A stretch of 64,000 nucleotides of DNA from Salarchaeum sp. III (GCF_036418315.1 NZ_JAZHPG010000024.1:137947-201946), one strand, 5' to 3'. Positions 1-10,996 are shown, counted from the stretch's first letter. Made by a program: numbers and translations. The notes: generated by a model from the letters alone, not told the origin.

Positions 1-258
1 ACGACCTGGGGGAGAGCGGTTGAAACGTTCCAGTACCTCGAAGACAGCAAGAACATCGAACTCGTTCATCCGACCGAATCGGATCAGGCGGACGGACAGG
101 TGATATTCCTTCGAGAGCGAAATCTCGAACTCGCGGACGCTGTAACGGCGGCGTACATGAACCGAGTCGGAATCGAGTACGTCTACAGTTTCGACGACGA
201 TTTCGACCGGTTCGACACGATTACACGGCTATCGACTGCGGACAATCCGTACACGTAG
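1..258 (+). CDS. Partial CDS (5' end outside window): PIN-domain (VapC-like) protein C-terminus
   Basis: Frame 1 reads ...AVTAAYMNRVGIEYVYSFDDDFDRFDTITRLSTADNPYT* with GC3-rich codons. A C-terminal YSFDxDFDRF motif is typical of archaeal PIN/VapC proteins. There is no start codon in the window. Confidence 0.4.
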   Translation, partial: TTWGRAVETFQYLEDSKNIELVHPTESDQADGQVIFLRERNLELADAVTAAYMNRVGIEYVYSFDDDFDRFDTITRLSTADNPYT

Positions 259-436
259 CGATGGATAGGTCGGAATAGGTCCGTGTTGAGTACCGGTAGC
301 GGTCACACCCGCAGCAGTCTTCCCCGTTGTTTTCACTCGGCGTAGTGGCGACGCCCCCATGGAGTGGTTGGTTTCGCTGAGTGTGTGTCACACAGAGAAG
401 AATAAGGGTTTACGTGGCGGGTAGGTACTGGGCGGT

Positions 437-2821
437 ATGAGCGACGATCTCCGGGTGCTCGTCGTGGACGACGACGAGGCGTTCCTGTCGGTGACCGTGG
501 AGTTCCTGGAGCGGAGTGGCGTGGACGTGGTGGCGGAGACGAGCGCGAGCGCTGCGCTCGACCGGCTCGGGGAGGGGTTTTCGTGCGTGGTGAGTGATTA
601 CGAGATGCCGGAGGTGGACGGCCTCGAACTCCTGAAGGAAGTGCGTGCGGAGCGTCCGGAGTTGCCGTTCGTGCTGTTGACGGGGGCGGGGAGCGAGGAC
701 GTGGCGAGCGAAGCCATCAGTCTCGGCGCGACGGACTACGTGCAGAAGCGCCCCGGACGGGGGCAGTTCGACATCCTCGTGAACACGGTGGTGAACGCGG
801 CGGAGGCGTACGAGACGCAGCGGGAGTTGGCGGCGAGCCGGGCGTTCGTGGAGGACGCGGTGGAGGCGGTGCGGGACGTGTTCTTCGTCGCGGACCGCTC
901 GGGGACGGTGACGCACTGGAACTCCCGACTGGAGGACGTGATGGGCGTCTCCGACCCGGGCGAGGTGGACCCGGAGTCGTTCGTCGCGCCGGACGACCGG
1001 GCGGCCGCGGCGGAGGCGTTCGAGATGGCGATAGCGGAGGGGAGTGCGCGCGTCGACGCGACGGTGCGGGCGAAAAACGGCGAGGTGCCGTACGAGTTCA
1101 CGTTCTCCCGCATCACGGACGACGACGGCCGGGTGACGCACGTCGCGGGCGTCGGGCGGGACGTGAGCGAGCGCGTGGCGCGCGAGCAAGCGGTGGCGAC
1201 GCTGCACGAGACGACGCGCGCGCTCATCGCGGCGGAGACGCCGATGGACGTGTTCGAGCACGCGGTCGCGGCGGCGGACAGTCTGCTCGGGCTGTCCCGG
1301 ACGGCGTTCTATCGGTGGGACGCCGACGAGCGCGCGCTCGTCGCGGCGGCCGGTGATGGGTCGACCGACGACCTGCCCGTGCTGGGGGACGACTCCCCGG
1401 TGTGGGCGGCGTTCGTCGCGGAGGAGACGCACACCGTGGCGGCCGCGGACGTGTTCGACGGACCCGAGACGCTGGTGGTGTCCGTCGGGTCGCACGGCGT
1501 GCTCGTCGCGGGCTCGGACGCGGACGGCTTCGACGACGGGGACGTGACGGTGCTGGAGGTGCTCGCGGCGAACACGGCGGCCGCGCTCGACCGGCACGAC
1601 CGGGAGGCCGCGCTGCGCGAGCAGGAGCGCGAGCTCGCGGCGAAAACCGAACGATTGGAGGAAGTGAATCGCACGAACACGCTGGTGCGGCGGACACAGG
1701 CTGGACTCCTGGGGGCGTCGAGCCGGGAGGACGTGGAGCAGTCGGTGTGCGAGTCGCTGACGGCGGACGACGAGTACGTGTTCGCGTGGACGGGCACCCT
1801 GGAGGACGGCGAGGTGTCGCCGCGGGCGTGGGCGGGCGCGGGCGAGTCGATACTGGACGCGCTCGCGGTGGAGGACGCGACGGCGTCGCCGGCGTGGCGC
1901 GCGGTCGAGCGCGACGAACCGGTGGTCGTATCCGAGCTGGTGGCGGCGGCGGGCGGCGGGTGGCGGCGGCGCGCGCTCGCGGCGGGCGCGGCGTCCGCGG
2001 CGGCGTTCCCGCTGTCGTTCGGCGGCGGGTCGTACGGCGTGCTCGTCGTGTACGGCCGGCGCGCGAACCAGTTCGGTCGCGAGGAGCGCGAGATACTGGG
2101 CGAGCTGGCGGCGACGGTTGCGAGCGCGATAAACGCGGCCGAACGCAAGGAAGCCCTCGTCACGGGTGGGGACGTGGAGGTGGCGTTCCGGGTGCCGGAC
2201 GCGACGGGGCCGGTGTCCGCGATGGCGCGGCGGACGGGCGCGACGTTCGACCTGGAGGAGGTCGTGTCGAAGGACGACGGGTCGTGGCTCGTGTACGTCG
2301 CGGCGGCCGATGTCGACCCCGCGGCGGTGTCGGCGGCGGCGGACGCGCTCGTGTCCGTGGAGTCGGCGGACGTGTTCGACGCGGACCGCGAGCGCGCGCT
2401 CGTCGGCCTGGTGGTGTCGGAGTTCCCGGCGGTGGACGTGCTGGCGGCGCACGGCGCGTCCGTGCAGTCGCTCGCGGCGACCCCCCAGGAACTGGAGGTG
2501 GCGGTGACGGTGCCGCGGACGCGGTCCGTGCGAGAGCTGGTGGCCGCGTGCGAGGAACGCCTGCCGGGCATCGAACTGGTGCGGCGCTCCCAGCGAGCGT
2601 CCCAGCCGACGGTGCTCGTGGAGGCGTTAACGGAGAAACAGCGAACCGCGCTTAAAACGGCGTACGAGCACGGGTTCTTCTCGTGGCCGCGCGAGCACAC
2701 GGGCGAGGAGGTCGCGGACGCGATGGGCGTGAGCGCGCCGACGTTCCACCAGCACCTCCGGAAAGCGCTCGGCACGGTGTTCGCGGAGGCGTTCGGCGAG
2801 CACGCCGACCTAAACGATTAG
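437..2821 (+). CDS. Bat-like transcription regulator with N-terminal receiver domain (REC-PAS-GAF-HTH_10)
   Basis: 794 aa. N-term is CheY-like receiver (VLVVDDDEAF...VVSDYEMPEVDG). Central PAS and GAF-like segments. C-term HTH_10 (LTEKQRTALKTAYEHGFFSWPRE...PTFHQHLRKA) is typical of the bacterio-opsin activator family. Confidence 0.8.
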   Translation: MSDDLRVLVVDDDEAFLSVTVEFLERSGVDVVAETSASAALDRLGEGFSCVVSDYEMPEVDGLELLKEVRAERPELPFVLLTGAGSEDVASEAISLGATDYVQKRPGRGQFDILVNTVVNAAEAYETQRELAASRAFVEDAVEAVRDVFFVADRSGTVTHWNSRLEDVMGVSDPGEVDPESFVAPDDRAAAAEAFEMAIAEGSARVDATVRAKNGEVPYEFTFSRITDDDGRVTHVAGVGRDVSERVAREQAVATLHETTRALIAAETPMDVFEHAVAAADSLLGLSRTAFYRWDADERALVAAAGDGSTDDLPVLGDDSPVWAAFVAEETHTVAAADVFDGPETLVVSVGSHGVLVAGSDADGFDDGDVTVLEVLAANTAAALDRHDREAALREQERELAAKTERLEEVNRTNTLVRRTQAGLLGASSREDVEQSVCESLTADDEYVFAWTGTLEDGEVSPRAWAGAGESILDALAVEDATASPAWRAVERDEPVVVSELVAAAGGGWRRRALAAGAASAAAFPLSFGGGSYGVLVVYGRRANQFGREEREILGELAATVASAINAAERKEALVTGGDVEVAFRVPDATGPVSAMARRTGATFDLEEVVSKDDGSWLVYVAAADVDPAAVSAAADALVSVESADVFDADRERALVGLVVSEFPAVDVLAAHGASVQSLAATPQELEVAVTVPRTRSVRELVAACEERLPGIELVRRSQRASQPTVLVEALTEKQRTALKTAYEHGFFSWPREHTGEEVADAMGVSAPTFHQHLRKALGTVFAEAFGEHADLND

Positions 2822-2902
2822 GGTCAGGGGCGGTCGCGTTCGATATGGTTCGGCAGTAACACTTGGCCGAGCCGTGAGAGATGTTCAGGCGAGCGACGAC
2901 CA

Positions 2903-3562
2903 ATGACCCTGAATCAGTCCGCGCGGAACGCACGCGCCACGCCGACACCCGAACAGCGGCCGGCCGACGACGCCGCAGTCCTGTTCGAGTCGGTCAAGCA
3001 AGCGCTCCATGCGGAGGCGCTCGCGTCCCCACCGGAGGGCCGCCATCTCGCGCAGTGGATTCGGGGAGAACTCCGCCAAGCACTCGGGAACGTTTCCGTG
3101 ACCGTGCAGAACGGAAGCGGGGACTGCGACCTGCTCATAGAGAACACCATCGGCGTCGAACTCGTTGACGGCCTCGCCGCGTACGGCCACGCGGGCATCC
3201 ACCGCCACCTCGAAACCGTCGGCCGCGACTGCGACTACCTCATCGTGTTCGTGCACGAACTCCCGAGCGACGCCCGGGACGCGTGGTGGATGGTGAAACG
3301 ACGCTGCACGCCCCACGGCCTCGGCGTCACGGACATCGCGTTCGTCAAACCCGACGCCGGAGAGACAACGGCGACACAGCGCTCCCCGCTGACAGCGTGG
3401 CTCCTCCTCGCGCCCGCGCTGGTGTTCATCACCGCCTACCTCGCGGTGGGGCTGGCGAAGGCCGCGCACATCGCGAGCCATCCGATGTTGACGCTCATCG
3501 TCCCGGCTATCGGCGCAGTCTGCTTCCTCGCACTCGTTCTGAAGTGCTTTGGCGACACCTAG
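2903..3562 (+). CDS. Hypothetical protein with two C-terminal transmembrane helices
   Basis: 219 aa ORF with GC3-rich codons. Soluble N-domain, then hydrophobic stretches LLLAPALVFITAYLAVGLA and LTLIVPAIGAVCFLALVL. No recognisable family. Confidence 0.45.
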   Translation: MTLNQSARNARATPTPEQRPADDAAVLFESVKQALHAEALASPPEGRHLAQWIRGELRQALGNVSVTVQNGSGDCDLLIENTIGVELVDGLAAYGHAGIHRHLETVGRDCDYLIVFVHELPSDARDAWWMVKRRCTPHGLGVTDIAFVKPDAGETTATQRSPLTAWLLLAPALVFITAYLAVGLAKAAHIASHPMLTLIVPAIGAVCFLALVLKCFGDT

Positions 3563-4131
3563 GCGAGGTCGCGGAACAGCACGCGAACCGCGTTCGGATC
3601 CGTCGTCCCCGCAGTCGGCCCCACCCGTTCCTGAAGGGCTTCGAACTCCCCGCAGAGCGCGGCGTACCGCTCGTCGCTCGCGAGTTCGGCCGGTGATTTC
3701 GCGGCCTCCAGGGACGCCTTCGCCGCGGCCGTCTGATAGTACGCACGGACGTCCCCCGGGTAGTCGTGGAGGTCGACAAGCCGCTCGACGGTTTCGACGA
3801 GCACGTCACGCTCGACCGGCTTCACGAGGTAGTCGTCGAACCCCAGCGAAACCACGTCGGTGTCGGGTTCCACGCCCGTAACCATCGCGACACGACAGGG
3901 GAGGTCGCGCTCGTCGATCATCGCGAGCAGGTCGTCACCCGAACCGTCCGGAAGCCGGCGGTCGAGCAACACGACAGCCACCGTGTCATCGATAATATCG
4001 CGGGCCGCAGCGAGCGTGTCGGCCGTCCGAACGTCGTACGTGTCGGCGAGCCAGGCCGTGTAGAGGTCGCGGACGGAGTGCTCGTCCTCGACAACGGCGA
4101 CGGTATTTCGGGACACGCGATACCCGAACAT
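3559..4131 (-). CDS. Response regulator, receiver plus HalX domain
   Basis: 190 aa. N-term REC (VAVVEDEHSVRDLY...VLLDRRLPDGSG...DYLVKP). C-terminal helical HalX-like domain typical of haloarchaea. Stop overlaps the upstream hypothetical by 4 nt, convergent. Confidence 0.75.
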   Translation of the reverse strand: MFGYRVSRNTVAVVEDEHSVRDLYTAWLADTYDVRTADTLAAARDIIDDTVAVVLLDRRLPDGSGDDLLAMIDERDLPCRVAMVTGVEPDTDVVSLGFDDYLVKPVERDVLVETVERLVDLHDYPGDVRAYYQTAAAKASLEAAKSPAELASDERYAALCGEFEALQERVGPTAGTTDPNAVRVLFRDLA

Positions 4132-4259
4132 ACCGGCGAGACTGATAAAAGCCTTCTACCAAATATCGTAAAACGACCGACGAAACGCCCAATACACACG
4201 GTTCTGGGCCGCGTGCATGGATCCGTCGCAGCCGCTCTGTGGCAATGAATACTGAAAAG

Positions 4260-4330
4260 TGGGCCCGCCGAGATTCGAACTCGGGTCCGACGCACCCCAT
4301 GCGCCGAGGATACCGCTACCCCACGGCCCC
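4260..4330 (-). tRNA. tRNA-Pro (anticodon GGG)
   Basis: Reverse complement reads GGGGCCGTGGGGTAGCGGTATCCTCGGCGCATGGGGTGCGTCGGACCCGAGTTCGAATCTCGGCGGGCCC-A. Cloverleaf with anticodon loop AT-GGG-GT and T-loop GTTCGAATC, no encoded CCA. One G:G mismatch at acceptor pair 4:69 as read. Confidence 0.8.
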
Positions 4331-4382
4331 ACACGTGTTTCGAGGGGTGGCCGGGGGTTAAGGGCTTCGTTTCGCGCGCCAC

Positions 4383-5249
4383 CTAGACGAGAACGCGTTC
4401 GAGCGTGACGGCCTCGCCGGAATCGGCGTCGATGTCGCTTGTGGCGCGGCCGAGGCAGACGGCGGACCCGTTCGGGGTGCAGCAGGCGACGAGCGCGCCG
4501 GGGTCAGGGTCGTCGTGGTCGATGACGCCGGGCGCGTAAACGGGCGCACCGTTCGCGACTTCGCGCGCGGCCGAGGGCGCAATGGTGACGTGGGGGAGGT
4601 GGACGAGCGCGTTTTCGGCGGGCTGGACGACACCGCGAATCCAGTCCTCGGTGCCGCGGTCGCGCCACTCCGCGAGCGCGTCCACGTACTCGTGCATCGT
4701 CACGAGGTCCGTGTCGTCGAACGGGCCAGTGGACGTGCGGCGGAGGTGGCCCATGTGGCCGCCCGTCCCGAGCGCCAGCCCGATGTCGTGGCAGAGCTTC
4801 CTGACGTACGTTCCGCTCTCGCACTCGATGCGGAGGAGCGCTTGGCGTTCCTGAACGTCCAGCACGTCGAGCGCGTAGACTTCGCGGACGCGAAGCCTGC
4901 GCGCGACCGCCGACTTCCGCGGGGGTTTCTGGTAGAGCGGTCCCTCGAACTCAGCGACCACGTCGCGGAGGTCGGCCGGTGCGTCGTCGTGCAGTTCGAG
5001 CACGGCGACGTACTCCTTCGACCCCTCGAGGAGGGCGGGTGCGAGCCGGGGCGCAGCCCCCGTGAGTACGGGGAGGCAGCCCGTGACCTTCGGGTCGAGC
5101 GTGCCCGCGTGCGCGGCTTTCTCCACGCCTGCGAAGTCCCGCACCCACGCCGACACCTCGTGCGCGGACGGCCCCGGCGGCTTGTCGAGGTTCACAACCC
5201 CGAATTCGAGCAGGCTCTCGACCGACCGGTCCGTTGGTGGTGCGCGCAT
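4383..5249 (-). CDS. cbf5: H/ACA RNP pseudouridine synthase Cbf5 (TruB family) with PUA domain
   Basis: Motif GVVNLDKPPGPSAHEV (TruB catalytic Asp) and C-terminal PUA-like region. ATG at 5247-5249 overlaps the cmk stop (ATGA). The track ORF is extended upstream to 5540 with no support. Confidence 0.9.
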   Translation of the reverse strand: MRAPPTDRSVESLLEFGVVNLDKPPGPSAHEVSAWVRDFAGVEKAAHAGTLDPKVTGCLPVLTGAAPRLAPALLEGSKEYVAVLELHDDAPADLRDVVAEFEGPLYQKPPRKSAVARRLRVREVYALDVLDVQERQALLRIECESGTYVRKLCHDIGLALGTGGHMGHLRRTSTGPFDDTDLVTMHEYVDALAEWRDRGTEDWIRGVVQPAENALVHLPHVTIAPSAAREVANGAPVYAPGVIDHDDPDPGALVACCTPNGSAVCLGRATSDIDADSGEAVTLERVLV

Positions 5250-5827
5250 CAGAACTCGTACGTGACGCCATCCACGGGTGTCGACCCCTCGTCCAGGTCG
5301 GGATTGTAGCCCTCGGCGGCCGCGAGCAGGAGGTCGAGCGTCGCGTCCTCCCCCCAGCGCGCCGTGTTCACGGCGAGGTCGTAGATGGAGTGGTCCTCGA
5401 AGTCGATACCGTAGTACTCGCGGTAGCGCGCGGTCTCCGACGCCTCGCGCTCCTCCGTCTCCGCGAGCGCGTCGCTCACGGGCTTGTCCTCGCGCTCCGC
5501 GATGCGCTCCGCGCGAATTTCGAGCGGCGCGTCCAGCCAAAACTTCAGGTCGGCGTACTCGCCCGCCATCCAGCCCGACAACCGGGATTCGAGCACGAGG
5601 TCGTCGTGCGTTCGCGCCGTCTCCCGCAACTGCTGGTCGAGGTCGCGGTCGATCTGGTCGTCCGACTCCGCGAGTTCGTTGAACTCCGCGAGGGAGAGCC
5701 CGCGCTCGTCCGCGAGCGCCCGGAAGATATCGCCGCCGGAGACGTGCTCGTAGTCCAGTGCGTCCGCCAGCCCGGCGGCGTTCGTGGACTTCCCGCCCCC
5801 CGGCGGGCCCGAGATAGTAATCAACAT
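5249..5827 (-). CDS. cmk: Cytidylate kinase (archaeal type)
   Basis: Start [15 protein letters not shown] (P-loop). About 193 aa. Conserved position between the DUF106 gene and cbf5, as in archaeal spc-operon tails. Confidence 0.85.
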   Translation of the reverse strand: MLITISGPPGGGKSTNAAGLADALDYEHVSGGDIFRALADERGLSLAEFNELAESDDQIDRDLDQQLRETARTHDDLVLESRLSGWMAGEYADLKFWLDAPLEIRAERIAEREDKPVSDALAETEEREASETARYREYYGIDFEDHSIYDLAVNTARWGEDATLDLLLAAAEGYNPDLDEGSTPVDGVTYEF

Positions 5828-5871
5828 ATCAGTCCTCGGCCCGCGCGAAGTAAAGAGGTTGTGAACCGCCG

Positions 5872-6759
5872 TCAGGCCGTGTCCGGACCAGTCTGGACGT
5901 TGAGCGCCTTCCGGAGGATTTGGCCGATACTCATCGTGCAGAAGAAGTACCAGACGATCCACGCCGGGAAGAACCCGGCGACGCCGTCCAGGAGTTCGAG
6001 CTTGCCGAACATCGGGAGGACGAGATATCCCTCACCGCCGTCGACGTGGCCCGCGAGCAGCATCCAGTACATCCAGAGGAACACTGGGATGGTGATGAGC
6101 ATAATCCAGACCATCGGCCGGAACTGCTGCTTGAACATCCCGAGCTGGTCGCCCATGAGATCCATCTGTTCCTCCCGGAGCTGTTCGAGGCGCTCGTCGT
6201 TGTCGTTCGCGCGCGCCTCCTTCTGGGCGTCCTGAATCTCCTGCATGCGCTCCTGGTGTTCGCCCATCCCGGACATGTCCATGAGGTTGTCCTGGAGGAT
6301 GGTGGAGTAGAGACCGGTGAGGGTCGCGAGCACGAGGATGACGAGGTAGAACGGCAACATCGCGTCGAGCGGCCCGAGAAGCACGTCGAGCGCACCGCCG
6401 ACGGTGTTCCGAACGCTGTTGATGGAGTAGCCGGCCATCATCGCGACGGCACCGACGGCCGCCATCTTATCCCACTGCGACCAACTGGACTCCTCGTCGT
6501 CTTCGACTTCGACGTCCTCGGAGAGCGCCTCACGGATTTCGTCCGTGTCAGCGAGCCGGAACCCGTCGGCGGCGTCCTCCAGCACGCCTTTCTCGATGAG
6601 GCGACCCCACTGCCCGGTCGTCACGTCCTCCTTCACGTTCCGCCACTTCAGAACGTCCTCGTCGCCCTCCTCCTGCTGGTCGAGGAGGCGCTCGAGGGCG
6701 TCCGCCAGTTCGGGGTCCTCGCGGACGAGCGACCGGACTGTCTGTTCGGTTCGAGCCAT
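5872..6759 (-). CDS. DUF106 family membrane protein (Oxa1/YidC/EMC3-like insertase homolog)
   Basis: 295 aa. Acidic N-terminus, three hydrophobic helices, charged coiled-coil insert. Conserved position between adk and cmk in archaeal ribosomal clusters. Confidence 0.7.
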   Translation of the reverse strand: MARTEQTVRSLVREDPELADALERLLDQQEEGDEDVLKWRNVKEDVTTGQWGRLIEKGVLEDAADGFRLADTDEIREALSEDVEVEDDEESSWSQWDKMAAVGAVAMMAGYSINSVRNTVGGALDVLLGPLDAMLPFYLVILVLATLTGLYSTILQDNLMDMSGMGEHQERMQEIQDAQKEARANDNDERLEQLREEQMDLMGDQLGMFKQQFRPMVWIMLITIPVFLWMYWMLLAGHVDGGEGYLVLPMFGKLELLDGVAGFFPAWIVWYFFCTMSIGQILRKALNVQTGPDTA

Positions 6760-6813
6760 CTACCTAAAGCGTCTGCAGCGGGCGTTCATCAACCTGTCCC
6801 TACTCGCTCGCGG

Positions 6814-7458
6814 TTACGCGTCGAGGTGGTCGTCGACGACGTCCTCCACGTCCGCCCAGACCTCGTCCGGCGTCTGCTCGCCGTCGATTTCGACGAGCAG
6901 GCCGGCGTCACGGAAGTAGTCGATGACGGGCTGTGTGTTCTCCTCGTAGACGCTGATGCGTTCGCGCGCGGTCTCCTCCGTGTCGTCGTCGCGCTGGTAG
7001 AGGTCGCCGCCGCATTCGTCACAGACACCCTCCTCCGCGGGCGGGTTGAAGTCGACGTGGTAGGTCGCGCCGCACTCCTCGCAGACGCGGCGGCCGGTGA
7101 GCCGCCGGACGAGCTCGTCGTCGGCCACGTCGAGGTAGAGCACGACGTCGAGGTCGGTGATGTCGTCGAGGTACTCGGTCTGGGACTCGTTCCGGGGGTA
7201 GCCGTCGAGCACGAAGCCCTCTGCGTCCTCGATAGCCGCCTTCACGATTTCGTTCACGACGGGGTCCGGAACGAGTTCGCCGGCGTTCATGTACTCCGCG
7301 GGCGTGCCGTACTCCGTCTCCATGTGCTTGTTCGCGCGGAGCGCGTCGCCCGTGGTGATGTGCTCGATGCCGTAGTTCTCCGCGAGTCGACGGCTCTGCG
7401 TTCCCTTTCCAGCGCCCGGTGCGCCGAGAATGAGAATCCGTGGGTCGGCGTCGGTCAT
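6814..7458 (-). CDS. adk: Adenylate kinase
   Basis: [15 protein letters not shown]-loop. Zn-binding lid CEECG...CDECGG. Start at MTDADPRIL; the track ORF extends 9 codons upstream. Confidence 0.9.
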   Translation of the reverse strand: MTDADPRILILGAPGAGKGTQSRRLAENYGIEHITTGDALRANKHMETEYGTPAEYMNAGELVPDPVVNEIVKAAIEDAEGFVLDGYPRNESQTEYLDDITDLDVVLYLDVADDELVRRLTGRRVCEECGATYHVDFNPPAEEGVCDECGGDLYQRDDDTEETARERISVYEENTQPVIDYFRDAGLLVEIDGEQTPDEVWADVEDVVDDHLDA

Positions 7459-7505
7459 ACGTTCGAGTGCCCGCGGCACGGGCATAAAGCGGTCGATTGC
7501 GGAAG

Positions 7506-9884
7506 CTATTCCCAGCGCAGCCAGCGGCGGACGCGGGACGTGATACCGAGATTCCGCTTCGCCATCACCACCGTGGACTCAGCGCGGCGGCCGACTTCCT
7601 CGGGAATCGCGCCGAACACGAGCTGCTGGAGCAGTCCCTCGCGGGTCGCGCCGACGAGCGTGAGGTCGTGGTTCGCGGACTCCTCGACGATGGCGTCCGC
7701 CACGTCATCGGCCTCGACTTCCGTCACGGTCACCTCCACGTCGCCGAGCGCGGCCTTCACGTTGTCGAGCACGTCCGCCCCAACATCGTCGCCGTCAGAG
7801 AGAACGCGGAACAGCGTGACGGGCGCGTCCTCCGAGTGCGCGACAGCGCGCGCGGCCTCGGCGGCGAGTTCGCCGTGCGGGCCGCCCGCTGCGGGGACGA
7901 GGATGGAGTCCACGGACCCGTCCGCGTCGGCGCCGATTTTCTCGACGAACACGTCGCACGGCGCGCCGGTGACGACGGCGTCCACGTTACTCCCGAGCAC
8001 GGCGTCACGCCGGCGGCCGCGGCCCCGCCAGCCGAGCAGGACGGCGTCCGAGGACTGCTGTTCGAGCGTGTTCAGGATGGCCGTCGAGACGTCGTGGCCG
8101 ATGCGGACGGTGCCGGAGACGGGGACGTTCTCGTCCTCCGCGAACGACATCGCCTCGTCGATAACCTCGCGCTTCTCGTCGACGAACGCCCGGCCTTCCG
8201 CGATGGGCGTCTGCTGGGGGACGGTGACGACGCTCATCACGAGGATTTCGCCGTCGTTCTCCTGCGCGAGGTCGATGGCGGTCCGCATGAACTGTTCGAC
8301 GTTCTCCGGGTTCGACACCGGGACGACTACCTGGTACTCGCGGTCCTCGGGCGCGCGTTCCGTGACGACCGCGGGCGTCTGTGCTTCCATGCGTTCGAGT
8401 TCGCGCTCACGGGAGTAGCTGTAGTAGACGCCGACGCCGAGCGCGAACCAGATGAGCATCGTGACGAGCGCAACGAACCCCTCGGACTCGGGGCCGAGAC
8501 CCGGCTGGAGGCCGAGCGACGTGAGGAGGAACGGCGCGAGCAACAGCTGGAAGACGATGCCGAGAATCGGGAGGACGGGCATGAACGGCACCTCGAAGGG
8601 ACGTTCGAGGTCGGGGCGGTTCTTCCGCATCGCGATGACCGCGACGTTCACCATCGAGAACAGCAGGAGGAACATCACGGACGAGGAGGCTGCGACGGAC
8701 TCGATGGGGAGTACGATGGCCATCAGGCCGATCATACCGCCGGACGCGAAGATGGAGAGGTAGGGAGAGCGAGTGTCGTCGTGGATGCGCGCGAGGGGGT
8801 CGGGGAGGAGTTTGTCCCGACTCATCGAGAACGCGATGCGGGAGGACGCGTAGAGCGTCGCGTTCAGCGCGCTCATCGTCGCGGTCAGTCCGGCGACGAG
8901 CAGGAGGGGGAGGCCGTAGGGGACGAACTGGCCGGCGGCCTGAATGATGCCGAGTTCACCCATCTCGCCGAGAAGTTGCCAGGTCGTCCAGTCCGCGGGG
9001 GTTCCGGAGACGCCGGCGATTTCGAGGATGTCGGCGGTGATGTCGATGCCGCCGATTGCGGCGAACGCGACGAGGATGTAGATGGGGATGACGACGACGA
9101 TGGAGTAGAAGATGGCTTTCGGGATGTTCGTCCCGGGGTTCTTCACTTCCTCGCCGGACTGCACGATGATGTCGTAGCCTTCGAACGCGACGTACGTGAA
9201 TCCCATCGCGGCGAGCACGCCCGTGACGCCGTTCGCGAAGAAACCGCGTTCGCCGAGGAACTTCGTCGTCCAGGTCGGGTCCTTCACGGTCGCGAGCGAG
9301 CCGAACACGACGAACACGCCGAGAATAATGACCTTAATCGTGGTGACGACAATACCGATCTGACCGGTCTCCTCCGCACCTCGATAGTTGATGTACGCGA
9401 AGAACGCGACGACGAGCGCGGCGAGCGCCTTCGCCAGGACGGAGTGCGTGATGACGCCGAACAGCACGAAGTCGTGGTGGAGCGGGCCGAGGATGACGAG
9501 GAACTCGACGAAGAAGGAGCCGAACGTGACGGCGTAGAGCGCGCACGCGACGGCTTGCGCGAACCAGTTCGTCCAGCCGGTGAAGAAGCCCCAGGGGCGG
9601 GGGATGGCTTCGGTGACCCAGTTGTACGCGCCGCCCGACCGCGGGAATGCGGCGCCGAGTTCGGCGTAGCTCATCGCGGTGAAAGAGGCGATAATGCCGT
9701 TCAGGAGGAACGCGAGCAGGAGTGCGGGGCCGGCGAGACCGGCGGCGAAGCCGGTGAGGGCGAACACGCCCGCGCCAATCATCGCGCCGATACCGATGAA
9801 CGTGATTCCCCAGAGGCCCATGTCCCTGGAGAGTTCGGCCTCGACGTCGGGGGAGTCGTCGGAGACCTCCGCAGAGTCAGACAT
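7506..9884 (-). CDS. Amino acid permease (APC superfamily) fused to tandem UspA domains
   Basis: 793 aa from [10 protein letters not shown]. About 12 TM helices with APC-type motifs ([16 protein letters not shown]). C-terminal two universal-stress-protein-like alpha/beta domains. ATG confirmed at 9882-9884; the track ORF is over-extended to 10226. Confidence 0.85.
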   Translation of the reverse strand: MSDSAEVSDDSPDVEAELSRDMGLWGITFIGIGAMIGAGVFALTGFAAGLAGPALLLAFLLNGIIASFTAMSYAELGAAFPRSGGAYNWVTEAIPRPWGFFTGWTNWFAQAVACALYAVTFGSFFVEFLVILGPLHHDFVLFGVITHSVLAKALAALVVAFFAYINYRGAEETGQIGIVVTTIKVIILGVFVVFGSLATVKDPTWTTKFLGERGFFANGVTGVLAAMGFTYVAFEGYDIIVQSGEEVKNPGTNIPKAIFYSIVVVIPIYILVAFAAIGGIDITADILEIAGVSGTPADWTTWQLLGEMGELGIIQAAGQFVPYGLPLLLVAGLTATMSALNATLYASSRIAFSMSRDKLLPDPLARIHDDTRSPYLSIFASGGMIGLMAIVLPIESVAASSSVMFLLLFSMVNVAVIAMRKNRPDLERPFEVPFMPVLPILGIVFQLLLAPFLLTSLGLQPGLGPESEGFVALVTMLIWFALGVGVYYSYSRERELERMEAQTPAVVTERAPEDREYQVVVPVSNPENVEQFMRTAIDLAQENDGEILVMSVVTVPQQTPIAEGRAFVDEKREVIDEAMSFAEDENVPVSGTVRIGHDVSTAILNTLEQQSSDAVLLGWRGRGRRRDAVLGSNVDAVVTGAPCDVFVEKIGADADGSVDSILVPAAGGPHGELAAEAARAVAHSEDAPVTLFRVLSDGDDVGADVLDNVKAALGDVEVTVTEVEADDVADAIVEESANHDLTLVGATREGLLQQLVFGAIPEEVGRRAESTVVMAKRNLGITSRVRRWLRWE

Positions 9885-9977
9885 ACGCCAGACGACGGCC
9901 GTCCACGTAAAAAGCGTACTGACTGAAGTCGCGGCCGACGCCGACAGATATTCCGTAATCCGGAACGAGATACAAGT

Positions 9978-10712
9978 ATGAGTTACGAGTTCGACGATAT
10001 CGACCGGCGTATCATCCACGCGCTCGAACGGGACGCTCGAAACACGAGCGCACCCGACATCGCCGAGGAAATGGACGTCTCCCCGGGGACGGTCCGGAAC
10101 CGCATCGGGAAGCTGGAGGACGCGGGCGTCATCCGCGGCTACCACGCCGACGTGGACTACGAGCGCGTGGAGGGCCGCCTCACGAACGTCATCACGGCGA
10201 CGGCGTCGGCGTCGGAACGCGCGCACCTCGCCCAGCAGGCGCTCGACGTGCCGGGCGTCGTGCAGGTGCGCGAGGTGATGAGCGGCCGCGGGAACCTCGC
10301 AGTGAAGGTGGTGGGAACGGACACAGAGGACCTCTCGCGGCTCGCGCGGAAGCTGACGAACGTCGGCCTCGACATCGAGGACGAGGCGCTACTGCAGGAC
10401 GAACACTACCGGCCGTACGGGCCGTTCGGTCCGAACGCGGCCGACGACGCGTCTCGGGAGCCGTTCGGGCACGGGACCGACGACGAAGTTATCGCGGTGA
10501 CGGTGGAGGCGAACGCCCCTCTCGACGGGAAGACGCTCCAGGAGGCGAACGAGGCCGGGCTCGTCGGTGAGAACGTGCTCGTCGTCGCAGTCGAACGCGA
10601 GGGCGCGACCATCACGCCGAAGGGGGACACGACGCTGCGCGCGGACGACCTCGTGAAGGTGTACTCCTCGACGAGCGTCCCCACGGACACGCTCGAGGCG
10701 TTCAGAGCGTGA
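9978..10712 (+). CDS. Lrp/AsnC-family HTH regulator fused to TrkA-C (RCK_C) domain (Trh-type)
   Basis: N-term DIDRRIIHALERDARNTSAPDIAEEMDVSPGTVRNRIGKLEDAGVIRGY is an Lrp/AsnC HTH. C-term TrkA_C-like ligand-binding domain. Sits next to trkAH. Confidence 0.85.
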   Translation: MSYEFDDIDRRIIHALERDARNTSAPDIAEEMDVSPGTVRNRIGKLEDAGVIRGYHADVDYERVEGRLTNVITATASASERAHLAQQALDVPGVVQVREVMSGRGNLAVKVVGTDTEDLSRLARKLTNVGLDIEDEALLQDEHYRPYGPFGPNAADDASREPFGHGTDDEVIAVTVEANAPLDGKTLQEANEAGLVGENVLVVAVEREGATITPKGDTTLRADDLVKVYSSTSVPTDTLEAFRA

Positions 10713-10914
10713 GTTCGACCGCGGTTCGCTCGCCGCAGTCGGGACAGCGGAGCCGGTAGACGGTCGTGTCGCGGCGGGCGTGCCGGCCGACGGAGGTCCG
10801 CCACGCGCTCCCGAGGAGCGTGCCCGTGAACCCGCAGTCCGCGCAGGTCTCGGTCGTGTCCGCGATTCGCTGCGCGAGCACACGCCGACCGCGTTCCGTG
10901 CCAACTCGTGCCAT
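10702..10914 (-). CDS. Small CPxCG zinc-ribbon protein
   Basis: 70 aa with CADCG...CPDCG motifs. Convergent with the regulator, 3' ends overlap 11 nt. Confidence 0.45.
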   Translation of the reverse strand: MARVGTERGRRVLAQRIADTTETCADCGFTGTLLGSAWRTSVGRHARRDTTVYRLRCPDCGERTAVELTL

Positions 10915-10996
10915 ACCACCCTTTGTTGCTCATTCGCCATAAAACACTAGTATTATTCGAGAAGAACCAATTCATTCCCTATATATTGAGTTATCC

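Noticed and set aside
410-2775. Long minus-strand ORFs (680 aa and 488 aa) antisense to the Bat-like regulator
   Set aside because: Arg/Pro/Gly-rich translations typical of out-of-frame reading of GC-rich coding DNA. Fully overlapped by a well-supported sense gene.
4260-4330. tRNA-Pro possibly a pseudogene because of a G:G mismatch in the acceptor stem (pair 4:69)
   Set aside because: All other stems, the anticodon loop and the T-loop are canonical. A single acceptor mismatch, or a one-base misread, is insufficient to call it non-functional. Kept as tRNA.
5920-9926. Plus-strand ORFs of 832 aa and 809 aa spanning the adk/permease region
   Set aside because: Antisense to strongly supported genes (DUF106, adk, permease-UspA). 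Low-complexity R/D/E/V-rich translation with no domain signatures.
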